A stretch of DNA of 64,000 bases from a virus. Taxonomy: Duplodnaviria > Heunggongvirae > Uroviricota > Caudoviricetes. The DNA is taken from the IMG/VR virus record IMGVR_UViG_3300046006_001304; one strand, written 5' to 3'. The position numbers and the translations under genes are program-made. The notes under the pieces were generated by a model. It ran no database searches, was not told where the DNA came from, and saw only the letters and a list, made by a program, of their open reading frames with translations. Shown here in pieces: positions 1-19,976 of this stretch. Every line of letters begins with the position of its first letter. Position 1 is the first letter of the stretch.

Positions 1-547
1 CGCCATCTGCGGTTAAGTTTCCGCTAGAATCTAATACTACTTCAAAGGAACCGTTGACCAATTTATCGCCACCACCAACATTCTCAACCTCACCTGCTCG
101 CATTTTAGGACGGAAAGGAATCTGTGTCCAGTTGGCCGTGTTGAATGACACAAACGGCGTAGGTGTTGTGGTAGCCCACATGTTGGCTGCTTCCACACGA
201 GTCTTGTCAGCGGCTAAAAATAAACCTGGTGTTTCAACCGTAATCTCTTCAATGTCGCCAAGTTCGTTTAGTTCATCAACACTGTAAGTGGCCGAAACAT
301 AATCAGCACTTGGAGAGTCGCCGTCATCGACAAGATACAAGTATTCAGCATTGTCAATCACAGTAACAGCAGTTTCGTCACTGCCAAGGTCTTGACCTCC
401 GATGTTAGGCATCTCATCAACTTCTTCCACACGGAAGTTGACCGCTTGTGTAACACCAGGAATAACAACTCCAGTTGTACCTGCTTGTAAGTTCACGCCG
501 CCTAGTGTTAGGTCGGAGCCTTGTATTGCAAAAGGTTTGTTTGCCAT
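1..547 (-). CDS. Partial (5' part in window, continues past window start) fibre/structural protein, N-term MANKPFAIQGSDLTLGGVNL...
   Basis: Manual translation of minus strand from ATG at 547 runs without a stop to position 1. Composition is T/G/V-rich like the neighbouring fibre genes. Absent from the ORF track because it is truncated at the window edge. Confidence 0.5.
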   Translation of the reverse strand, partial: MANKPFAIQGSDLTLGGVNLQAGTTGVVIPGVTQAVNFRVEEVDEMPNIGGQDLGSDETAVTVIDNAEYLYLVDDGDSPSADYVSATYSVDELNELGDIEEITVETPGLFLAADKTRVEAANMWATTTPTPFVSFNTANWTQIPFRPKMRAGEVENVGGGDKLVNGSFEVVLDSSGNLTADG

Positions 548-560
548 TTTATATTATTCC

Positions 561-1187
561 TTAATCCATTGTTCCGGTTTCTACCGAGTATATTCTTAAA
601 CTTGCGTTGCCAGTTGTTGTTGCGGTTGCCGTTCTAGTTCCTACAATTTCAATCAAACTAGTTGTTGGATTGCGGTCTACGGTAAATGTCATCAGTGGGG
701 CTACACTAGTGTGCGTTACACCATATACAGATATTACAGGTACGCTAGTATTATCCCAACCTCTTACGGCAATGACAGCCTCACACATCTGTGTTTCCCA
801 ATTGCCAGTGCCGCCAGTTTCTTCTGCTTCCACTTGGATGGTCAGTTTAGCACCGCTAATAAAAGTTTCAGTAGCAGTCCATACTATTTGTGTTAGTACT
901 GTGGTGACGAGATTATTTGTTGTTGTTTTAATAAAACTACCACCAGCATCTGTCAGTACGCCGCTAGCATTGAGTACAACTTCGTTAAGACCGTTGACTA
1001 GTCTGTCCCCAGCACCGCCTGCTCCTGGTTGGAAGTAAGTCAATGCCGCCCATGTACTAGCACCATCACCTAACTTAAACTCACCTGATGTTAAGTTAAC
1101 ACCAATCTCGCCTGCGCCTAGAACAACAGTACTATTAGTAGTCCAATTTGCGGCAGTATCTCTTCTTAATTTTATTTGCGTTGCCAT
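561..1187 (-). CDS. Tail-fibre-associated structural protein (208 aa)
   Basis: Co-directional and tightly packed with the giant fibre gene. Gly/Thr/Val-rich beta-rich composition. The antisense + ORFs here are rejected. Confidence 0.6.
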   Translation of the reverse strand: MATQIKLRRDTAANWTTNSTVVLGAGEIGVNLTSGEFKLGDGASTWAALTYFQPGAGGAGDRLVNGLNEVVLNASGVLTDAGGSFIKTTTNNLVTTVLTQIVWTATETFISGAKLTIQVEAEETGGTGNWETQMCEAVIAVRGWDNTSVPVISVYGVTHTSVAPLMTFTVDRNPTTSLIEIVGTRTATATTTGNASLRIYSVETGTMD

Positions 1188-1199
1188 TTTTAATAGTCC

Positions 1200-1468
1200 T
1201 TAAAACGTTGTCGAAGCGGTGCCGCCGTCGATAGTCACTGTTATATTTAATTTATTAGTAGAATCGATATACTCTACGTTAACTCCACTATGTGTTCCAC
1301 CAGTTAGCATTGTTGCCGCATAGTCCTGTGCTAGTTCAGTTAAACTTGACACTGCTAACGTCGCATAAAGCTCATCAAAGTTAGCATTTACTTTTTCAAA
1401 TGCAGTACGTATCGGGTCGCCATTTTTAGCATTGGCTGCGGTTCCGGTGTTAATTACTTGTTTAGTCA

Positions 1469-1469
<1 letters not shown>
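1200..1469 (-). CDS. Small fibre-module protein sharing the N-terminal motif of the giant fibre (MTKQVINTGTAANAKNGDPIRTAFEKVNANFDELY)
   Basis: Its N-terminal ~35 aa closely parallel the N-terminus of the 3740-aa protein ([35 protein letters not shown]). Its stop overlaps the upstream gene. Confidence 0.6.
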
Positions 1470-12984
<11,515 letters not shown>

Positions 12985-13040
12985 ATTAGGTCCTTGTTAT
13001 GATATTTATCAATACCATTTTATAACCTTAATGTAAATAC

Positions 13041-13331
13041 ATGATGTATATTAGCGTTGAATTTGTTAACACTCCGCACTATCGTAAAAGCAAATACGGT
13101 ACAATGCATACCTATATGCGTAAAAAATCAGTATTAGTAATGAGGTGCGATAGTTGCCAAACAGTATTTAGGCGTGACAAGGGCAACATGTCTCCTAAGC
13201 GAGTAAGCGACAAATATTACCATGTGTGTGGTGATTGTGATGCTAAGAAGTTTGCCCAGAGTAAGGGCGTTGAAGCACGGCGAGTTTGGGATATGCCCGC
13301 TAGTAGTCTTAAGACGCTAGGCCAACTGTAG
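13041..13331 (+). CDS. Small zinc-ribbon-like protein (CDSCQ...CGDCD)
   Basis: 96 aa with two CxxC pairs. Convergent with, and overlapping the 3' end of, the SOD-like gene. Confidence 0.4.
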   Translation: MMYISVEFVNTPHYRKSKYGTMHTYMRKKSVLVMRCDSCQTVFRRDKGNMSPKRVSDKYYHVCGDCDAKKFAQSKGVEARRVWDMPASSLKTLGQL

Positions 13332-13869
13332 CACTAATGGCATTCCAGTTGATAATTTTCCATTGATTTTCTAAATATCTTTTCTTATCTGACTGATAAT
13401 CTAATGCCCAAGCGTGTTCCCACCAGTCCACAAGTAGTACAATATCTTGTTTAATTTCGTGATTAACGATCGTTTTAATTTTACCATCTCGAGCTAGGTA
13501 CACCCATCCACTGCCTTGAATACCCATCGCAGTCTTAAAAAAGGCTTCTTTAAAGCGGTCAAACGTTTTAAAGTGTTTAGTTATAAATTCTCCAATTGGC
13601 CCATCTGGAGTATTAGTACTTGTTGGTGATTGATACTGACCAAACAAAATACGGTGTAAAAACGCACCCGCTTCATTAAAGTCTGCGTCACCTTCTCCGT
13701 CATTAAAACGAGTCACGTATGCTTTGTATAACTTACCATAATGATAGTTAATAGTATCTTCGCTCAATGCCGGCTCTAACTCGTCCTTAGCGTAAGGCAG
13801 TTTAAATAGTTCTAGCGTTTTAGGCGTTTTGCCTTCGTTAAGCGTAATATGCTTGATAAAGTTATACAT
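13309..13869 (-). CDS. Fe/Mn superoxide dismutase-like protein
   Basis: 186 aa. Signature DWWEHAWALDY (the D-x-WEHAYY motif). N-terminal ...LPYAKDELEPALSEDTINYHYGKLYKAYV matches the SOD N-terminal helix, but the usual HH / KHH pairs are HY / KLY here. Confidence 0.7.
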   Translation of the reverse strand: MYNFIKHITLNEGKTPKTLELFKLPYAKDELEPALSEDTINYHYGKLYKAYVTRFNDGEGDADFNEAGAFLHRILFGQYQSPTSTNTPDGPIGEFITKHFKTFDRFKEAFFKTAMGIQGSGWVYLARDGKIKTIVNHEIKQDIVLLVDWWEHAWALDYQSDKKRYLENQWKIINWNAISATVGLAS

Positions 13870-13908
13870 AATGATATTTACCTATAAATAGAACACAGGA
13901 GATTAACC

Positions 13909-14133
13909 ATGATTAAATTCATCAAAAGTTTTTTTAGTAAAAACGAAGTAGTAGTTGAGCCAGCACCCTATAAAGTAGAAGTTGCCCCAACTCCTGCTAC
14001 AGTAGTAGAAGTTGTTCCAGCAGTGGCTGAACAGGCTGTACAAGCGGTAGTTGAATCTATTGCTCCAGCTAAAAAACCAGCGCCTAAAAAGCCAGCGGCT
14101 AAAAAGCCTCGTACTCCAAAAGCGGCAAAATAA
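13909..14133 (+). CDS. Small basic Ala/Pro/Lys-rich (histone H1-like KPAAKK repeat) DNA-binding-type protein
   Basis: 74 aa ending PAKKPAPKKPAAKKPRTPKAAK. Strong SD (caggagattaacc) upstream of the ATG. Confidence 0.5.
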   Translation: MIKFIKSFFSKNEVVVEPAPYKVEVAPTPATVVEVVPAVAEQAVQAVVESIAPAKKPAPKKPAAKKPRTPKAAK

Positions 14134-14273
14134 TATAAGGGCATTGCGCCCTTATATTAGCTTGTTTAATTGCTCTGAGTAACGAGCCATATCTTCTTGA
14201 ATTCTAGCCTTACGCTGATCGTTTAGGTTAGGATTTTCTTCTAGCTCTTCTCTAAGAGTTTCCAACCTAAATA

Positions 14274-15308
14274 TCAGTTGTTCTCGAGATAGCTTTTGGC
14301 TTGATTGTACAGTTCCATGCTGGCGAGGTTTTTGCCCTTGCTTTCGCACATTATGTCGAACTGGTTTAGAAAAGTTATTGCCCATTCGTTTGTTTTTTGA
14401 TTCCAATAAAAGTCGCTGTGTGCCCTCAGCTTTTGTTTCTTATACCCATCTAGAAGTAGTTGGCTGTGAACAGGAGCGGTAAGTCCGTCATGGCCCACAA
14501 GATAATCTTCACGAGATACTGAATAATGCATAGTAGGGCGCATACCACGCCAACTATCCACGACACGCTTAACACGATTGTCTGTCGAAAGGAGATACTC
14601 CCCTTCGCGAATCCAATGATGGTGAATATCGAGCACAATAGGAACGATATCGCTAATAGTAAGACAGTCATCTAGTCCCCACGAGTTTTCTTCGTTTTCA
14701 ATTGTAATACAATTCCGGGCCTCGGGGGTAAGTCTTTTGTAGGCAGATCGAATACCTTCGGGACCTTGTTTACCCGAGATGTGTACGTTGATTTTAAAAT
14801 CCTGGAAGGATTTACCGTAGCCCATGTATCTGACCATATCGGCATGATATTCAAACTCCTCTATTGATCGTTGGACAATGCCTTCGTTAATACTAGCAAG
14901 AACAACAAACTGGCCAGGATGCATAGAAAGACGGGTATTGCTTGCACGAGCACTATTACCAATAAGGATAAAATTGCGCTCGAGATAGCTAACAACATCA
15001 GGCCTGCGCCAAAAATAACTCCAGTCAGACTGGGTATAAGCAGGAAGGATATCACTACTAATACGAACCATCCTAAGATTTTCATTAAGTTCTCCCACAC
15101 GGTCTACAAGTTTTTGTGTAGCTGCAATATTTTGGACCATTAAGTCCCAGAGCTTTTGCTCTGCTACTTCTTTAGTCTGTCTATTTAACCAACTTATGGT
15201 AGTTGAGCCAGTGTTATATTGTTTAGCATCGTCATCTTTTTTGATGCCGTTTACTTGATCGGCATGATCGATCCATTTACATGCGAAGCCTATTTTGCCC
15301 ATTACCAA
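14274..15308 (-). CDS. uvdE: UV-damage endonuclease (UvdE/UvsE family)
   Basis: Motifs RISSDILP, SMHPGQFVVLAS, NVHISG, TIENEE and DIHHHW parallel the conserved blocks of bacterial UvsE (RISSSLVP, SFHPGQFTVLNS, NIHVGG, TLENDD, DYHHH). Confidence 0.85.
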   Translation of the reverse strand: MVMGKIGFACKWIDHADQVNGIKKDDDAKQYNTGSTTISWLNRQTKEVAEQKLWDLMVQNIAATQKLVDRVGELNENLRMVRISSDILPAYTQSDWSYFWRRPDVVSYLERNFILIGNSARASNTRLSMHPGQFVVLASINEGIVQRSIEEFEYHADMVRYMGYGKSFQDFKINVHISGKQGPEGIRSAYKRLTPEARNCITIENEENSWGLDDCLTISDIVPIVLDIHHHWIREGEYLLSTDNRVKRVVDSWRGMRPTMHYSVSREDYLVGHDGLTAPVHSQLLLDGYKKQKLRAHSDFYWNQKTNEWAITFLNQFDIMCESKGKNLASMELYNQAKSYLENN

Positions 15309-15452
15309 TGCCTTATGACGCCTGCGATTATAAAAAAGTTTGTGATAATATATATTAACACAATCAGCGTTCTAATACAAGCAATTCGGTCCGCTTCCAC
15401 GTCCGAACTGCCTGCTTTCTCACCTAATGCTTTAGCCCAAACGTGCCAAATT

Positions 15453-15959
15453 TTACGCAAATAAATCTTCATTCCATTCACGGTGACCTTCAGTAAAGGC
15501 CATGTTGCTTTGAGTTTCACGTACTTCTACACGATAGCACCATAGACGCTTTGCTTCGCCATCACCCCACATGTCTGGAATGTAAACACCATTAACATAC
15601 TTGTACAGCATTTCACTAAGACCTTCACATCCTAGTTTTGGTAAAACAACTATCTTAGCCATTTTCTTTTCTACTAACAGATTGTATGTTTCCATTTCTG
15701 GATCATCTGCGGCTACAATAAGTGTATGATCAAATTGATCTTCTAAAATCTTTTTGAGTTCTTTTAAACCACCATAGTCAGCCGCCCAATTGCGGACATC
15801 TAGGTCGTTAGTGCCAAAGTAAAATTTCATGCTAAATGAATAGCCGTGAATTAGATTACAGTGACTATCAGCTCGCCATTGGCGATAGGCGCAAGGAAAT
15901 GCGTCGTGATATTCTTTTGTGCTTGTATACTTATAAGCGACAGGTTGTAAAGTTGCCAT
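15453..15959 (-). CDS. queD: 6-pyruvoyl-tetrahydropterin synthase / QueD-like (6-carboxy-tetrahydropterin synthase family)
   Basis: 168 aa. Catalytic Cys followed by the HGH-like triad region (...ADSHCNLIHGYSFSMKFYF...). Size and motif order typical of PTPS/QueD. Confidence 0.7.
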   Translation of the reverse strand: MATLQPVAYKYTSTKEYHDAFPCAYRQWRADSHCNLIHGYSFSMKFYFGTNDLDVRNWAADYGGLKELKKILEDQFDHTLIVAADDPEMETYNLLVEKKMAKIVVLPKLGCEGLSEMLYKYVNGVYIPDMWGDGEAKRLWCYRVEVRETQSNMAFTEGHREWNEDLFA

Positions 15960-16062
15960 TGTTATATCTCCTAGTTAACAATGACACGCAGAGTTTATAT
16001 TCCGGGATGAGCGTCTAAGTCCGGATATAGTAATTATACGCTTTTATAGCGTAAAGTCAATA

Positions 16063-17514
16063 TTATTGGCGAACAATTGCCCCAAACGGTAACCATGTCC
16101 CTGGCTCACCAGTAGCAACACATACCCAACCGATATAAGTAAATTCGGCAGGATTAGAGTTCCAACAAATATCGCCTTTAGTTGCTAATCCAGTTACAGG
16201 CGCACTCGCTCCAGTTGTAAATTTTTTATCAGCAAAACTAATATTCCCTTTAACTGCTAAATCTACAGTTGGGTCAGGATTATTAATTCCAACACTTAGC
16301 GGTCCAAATACTTTAACAACTCGTCGACTATTTAATTTGTTACCGATTTCAATTTTTAAATCGTCTGCGTAGAAAGCCTGATGGCCATCGACGTTAACAG
16401 CAAACGAGTCTGTACCAGACACTGACTTTACTGCTAGTGATTTAACAGTAATTGCGTCAACGTCCACTGGCCCTAAGAATTTTGACTCACCTTTAACTAC
16501 TAATGATGTTAGTGCGCCAACTGCTGTTAAGTTAGATTCTGTTACATTTGGCCCAAGTCCGTGTGCGGATAATACAACGGAACCGTTAATATAATATTGT
16601 TTATCTTGTGCTAGTTCTAATGATTCTGTTGATAGTAGTCTATCGGGGTTGGCTTGAATTGTTAGTTGTTTTGCTGTGCCGTTACCCAACCATACTAGGC
16701 CTTTTCCATAAATGTTATCATCGCCGGTTGCTCTAAATTCTAATGACGTTGATTTTTCTAATCTAGTATCAGAAATTATGTTTTCAGCAAACAGTGTTCC
16801 GTATACACGTAACACACCGTTTTTATAACGTTCTTCACCAATGTGAACCTCACCATCATTTTTTACAGTAATTCGAGCAGTATTATCTGTTACTAAGGCT
16901 AGGTCGTGATTGGTATAAGTTCCAACAGTGGCCAATCCTACACTTGGAGAATCGATAATGATTTCAACATCGTTTTCAACAATGCTTAGGACACCGTGTG
17001 GGTTTTCAATGTTAATTCCAACACGATTAACTGATGAGTTAAAGAACGCAAACTCACCAATAGTAGCATCACCGTCTACGGCTAATTTCTTTAAATTACC
17101 AACTTCTGTTAAGCTACTCTTTTTAACTTGTGTACCTAGTTGAGTTAGGCCAATAACAGTGGTGTTATCAATTTTATAAGACTTATCACGGTTAAGGTCA
17201 ATGTCCCCGTTGGTCCAAACTCTGCCACCGTTTTTATAAATTAGCTGTACATTACCCAGACCCCAAGTCCAACCTAATCCCTTGCCGTTTAGTTCTTCTT
17301 CGGTGTTAACAGTCCACTGACCAACACCTTCAATTGTACCGGATTCTGTAATTAAGTTTTTAACTTTAACGGTACCGGCTGTTATAGTACCACCTACAGC
17401 GAGGTCGCTACTAACAGTAAGTGTTCCGTCATGTGTTATCGCACCCGAAGTTGATTCTAAAACTAAGGTTTTTATAACAATTTTATCGTCTTGGATAGTA
17501 AGCAAGTTGGTCAT
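16063..17514 (-). CDS. Tail fibre / receptor-binding-type structural protein (483 aa)
   Basis: Thr/Val/Gly/Asn-rich beta-rich sequence with short repeated strands. C-terminal ...ICWNSNPAEFTYIGWVCVATGEPGTWLPFG. Confidence 0.55.
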   Translation of the reverse strand: MTNLLTIQDDKIVIKTLVLESTSGAITHDGTLTVSSDLAVGGTITAGTVKVKNLITESGTIEGVGQWTVNTEEELNGKGLGWTWGLGNVQLIYKNGGRVWTNGDIDLNRDKSYKIDNTTVIGLTQLGTQVKKSSLTEVGNLKKLAVDGDATIGEFAFFNSSVNRVGINIENPHGVLSIVENDVEIIIDSPSVGLATVGTYTNHDLALVTDNTARITVKNDGEVHIGEERYKNGVLRVYGTLFAENIISDTRLEKSTSLEFRATGDDNIYGKGLVWLGNGTAKQLTIQANPDRLLSTESLELAQDKQYYINGSVVLSAHGLGPNVTESNLTAVGALTSLVVKGESKFLGPVDVDAITVKSLAVKSVSGTDSFAVNVDGHQAFYADDLKIEIGNKLNSRRVVKVFGPLSVGINNPDPTVDLAVKGNISFADKKFTTGASAPVTGLATKGDICWNSNPAEFTYIGWVCVATGEPGTWLPFGAIVRQ

Positions 17515-17515
17515 G

Positions 17516-17544
17516 GATAATACTCTCTTTCGAGTATTTATCCA
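17516..17544 (-). promoter_or_regulatory. 12-bp-stem hairpin (ggataatactc tctttc gagtatttatcc) immediately 5' of the ATG of the 16063..17514 gene
   Basis: Near-perfect inverted repeat read in the DNA. No U-tract follows on the minus strand, so translational control or RNA processing is more likely than termination. Confidence 0.4.
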
Positions 17545-17558
17545 TGTTTTGCTAACCC

Positions 17559-18767
17559 TTATACTACTTTAAGTAGAATAATTTCTTCGTTTAAGCGACC
17601 GTTCATTTTAGTGTCTGTAGCGTTAATGTCGTCTAAGAACTTACGCAACTGTACCTTGCCTGCGGCCTTGAACTCTTTAAGTTTCTCTTCTGGCTTGCGA
17701 AGTGTTTTACACACACTGGTAGTTTCGTTAAACCCAATAATTGTAGTACCCTTCACACTGAGTGTTTGGTACTCGGCAGCAACATATTTGCCTAGTTTAC
17801 GACTTTTAGAGTTATAAACCCACAATTCTGTAGCCCCTACAATGTCTGTAGGATTAATACTTACAAGTTTTAACGGCTCGTTAGTTTTCATGTATTTGAG
17901 CTTACTAACAATCTTTTCTGCCGGAACAGCTTTCTTAGCACGTGGCGCACGATTAACCTTAGCTTCTTGTGCCAACATAGTACAAGCCGCCATGATCTCT
18001 TGATAGAAAGCAATTAAATTCTTAATCTGCTTTTTACTGCGATGTGAGTATCCTTCGCGCAACTGCTCGTCAGCTTTACCGCTAGCAAGCTCTTCTAACT
18101 CGGCTAAGTCTTTAGAATAAAACTCTTTAATAATACGAGCGTGAGCGGCCTTTGCTTCTACAGCTTTGAGCAAGTTAAGCATTTTAAATGATTTTGGATC
18201 AAACGTTTCTGCGTCAGTTTGAAACGATTCAATAGCGTTTTCAATTTCTTCAGTCATACGCATAGCCGCTTCACGTACTCGTTCTTGAATACTCGGAGTA
18301 TATACATCTGCTTTTGCGGCTTCTTTTTCAGCGGCAGCAACTTCTGGGTCGATATCGTTTTTACCTTCGGTAATAACTTTAACAATCTCTGCTCGCAACC
18401 AAGCGGCAGTGTCACGACCTTGATTAAAGTCGGCACGTTGCGGAGTCATACCTCGATTCAAACAACAGGCAACTGCTCCCATTGTTGTGCCAACACGTGA
18501 ATCTTTAACTTTCTTGAACGCTGTAATGTCAGCTTTGGTACAGCCAACAGTTTCCATCCATTTGGCAACGGCAGGCTTGTAACTTTTAATGTCACTTTCC
18601 AAACGATAGTAGTCCATTGAGCGTTTAAAATGACGATGGAACGTAGCGTCATCCCAAGTTTCGCAACCTTCCCAAACTGGACTATGGTCTTTAACAGCAC
18701 GAGTACGATGTGCTGTAACTTGGGCCTTAGTTACACGGGTCTTTTTTGTGGGTGCTTTAGTCGCCAT
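17559..18767 (-). CDS. Hypothetical Lys/Glu/Ala-rich protein (402 aa)
   Basis: Long ORF, co-directional with its neighbours. No recognisable catalytic motif. Confidence 0.5.
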   Translation of the reverse strand: MATKAPTKKTRVTKAQVTAHRTRAVKDHSPVWEGCETWDDATFHRHFKRSMDYYRLESDIKSYKPAVAKWMETVGCTKADITAFKKVKDSRVGTTMGAVACCLNRGMTPQRADFNQGRDTAAWLRAEIVKVITEGKNDIDPEVAAAEKEAAKADVYTPSIQERVREAAMRMTEEIENAIESFQTDAETFDPKSFKMLNLLKAVEAKAAHARIIKEFYSKDLAELEELASGKADEQLREGYSHRSKKQIKNLIAFYQEIMAACTMLAQEAKVNRAPRAKKAVPAEKIVSKLKYMKTNEPLKLVSINPTDIVGATELWVYNSKSRKLGKYVAAEYQTLSVKGTTIIGFNETTSVCKTLRKPEEKLKEFKAAGKVQLRKFLDDINATDTKMNGRLNEEIILLKVV

Positions 18768-18806
18768 TTCTACTCCTGTTTGTTTAGCAATACATGTATT
18801 ATACGT

Positions 18807-19976
18807 TCATTCTGAGGCATTGTCAACCGAGTCTTCAAGCAATCTAGTAATATCCGGAACCATTTTGAGTATATCTAGATTACGTTCTTTGGCTAATGAT
18901 AACGATCTTTCCCAAAATTCTTTGATATCACTTTTTGGAGTCTTTAACAATTCAACTATTGATCTTTTAAATGGATTACCCTTGTCTATATTCCAATTAC
19001 CTTGTATAGTAGATTCCCACTCTGTTAGTTGTCTTGTTAACAATATTTTTTGATTCGGCGGAATAATTGATAACATTTGCCATTCTCTTCCAGATACCCA
19101 GTCCCAATCTAACTCCCATTTGGGATAATTATTAGTCATAAACATAATAAATTGGTCTAATGTAAAAATATTATAAACGCTGATAACGCTATGTATGGTT
19201 AGTGTAACATTGTCTTTTGTGCCCCACCATTCGTTATATTGATCCATCACTTGTTGTACTTCTGTAAATTTGCTTGGCCAACGATACCAATCATTCACAG
19301 ATCCTAGACCATCTAAACTTACATCCAAATATATTGAAGCACATTGATCCATTAACGATTTTAATTCGCTATTCGGTAAACTAGTTCCGTTTGTCGATAC
19401 TAATAGTTTAATCTTAGATAAATCTAATTTTTTCATAAGATGAATAAATCTATCCTGATCCATAAACGGCTCACCGCCAAATATCTTTAGTGTAGTTAAC
19501 TGACTTAAATCTAAGTTGTCAACTATTGAGGTCGGGTGATCTATAAGAACTTTTATTTCTTTTCCTATCCTGCCTGCTTTATAATCTTCAGTACCCCATG
19601 TTGTTGAGTATTGTCTACTACAACTGACACACGCAAGATTACACAAGTTACTAAAAGCAATATCTAACATTTTAATATGACGTAATTCTGTTGTGGTGGG
19701 TAATTCAGTATCTTGTAAACTATAAGTTCTTGTACTCATACCACCAGCATCTTCTTGTTTATAACATTGCTGACATGCTGTATTTTTTTTACCAGATAGC
19801 ATGTCTTCCTGTAGTTCACGCCAGGGTGTTGATTTTCTAAAATCAATTGATACTGTACTGCCTTCCAAAAATTCTGTGGAAGGCCAAAATCTACAACAAG
19901 GTTCCGCCCTACCACCTGCTCTAATAGCAATGCTATCCCAGGGTAGCAAACACATTGCTCCGTTATCTGTTTGCAT
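18807..19976 (-). CDS. Radical SAM enzyme with N-terminal SPASM-like Cys-rich domain
   Basis: N-terminal C-x8-G..PCC..W.....CQQC (SPASM/twitch-like pattern), then SNLCNLACVSC (CxxxCxxC) and FGGEP SAM-binding motif. Confidence 0.75.
   Translation of the reverse strand: MQTDNGAMCLLPWDSIAIRAGGRAEPCCRFWPSTEFLEGSTVSIDFRKSTPWRELQEDMLSGKKNTACQQCYKQEDAGGMSTRTYSLQDTELPTTTELRHIKMLDIAFSNLCNLACVSCSRQYSTTWGTEDYKAGRIGKEIKVLIDHPTSIVDNLDLSQLTTLKIFGGEPFMDQDRFIHLMKKLDLSKIKLLVSTNGTSLPNSELKSLMDQCASIYLDVSLDGLGSVNDWYRWPSKFTEVQQVMDQYNEWWGTKDNVTLTIHSVISVYNIFTLDQFIMFMTNNYPKWELDWDWVSGREWQMLSIIPPNQKILLTRQLTEWESTIQGNWNIDKGNPFKRSIVELLKTPKSDIKEFWERSLSLAKERNLDILKMVPDITRLLEDSVDNASE

Noticed and set aside
54-1038. Plus-strand ORFs 54..287, 402..599, 607..1038, 711..896 from the six-frame track
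   Set aside because: They are antisense to uninterrupted minus-strand fibre genes (including a partial ORF 1..547 that runs off the window), with low-complexity translations. They are treated as shadow ORFs.
14152-15143. ORFs 14152..14406, 14450..14671, 14672..14854, 14861..15100 and 14871..15143
   Set aside because: They overlap the UvdE reading frame, whose conserved motifs span the region. The internal minus-frame segments and the antisense + ORF are artefacts of the six-frame scan.
15960-16062. Inverted repeat ttccggg…tccgga in the QueD-fibre intergenic region as a terminator
   Set aside because: The stem is imperfect and no U-tract follows on either strand. It is not reported as a feature.
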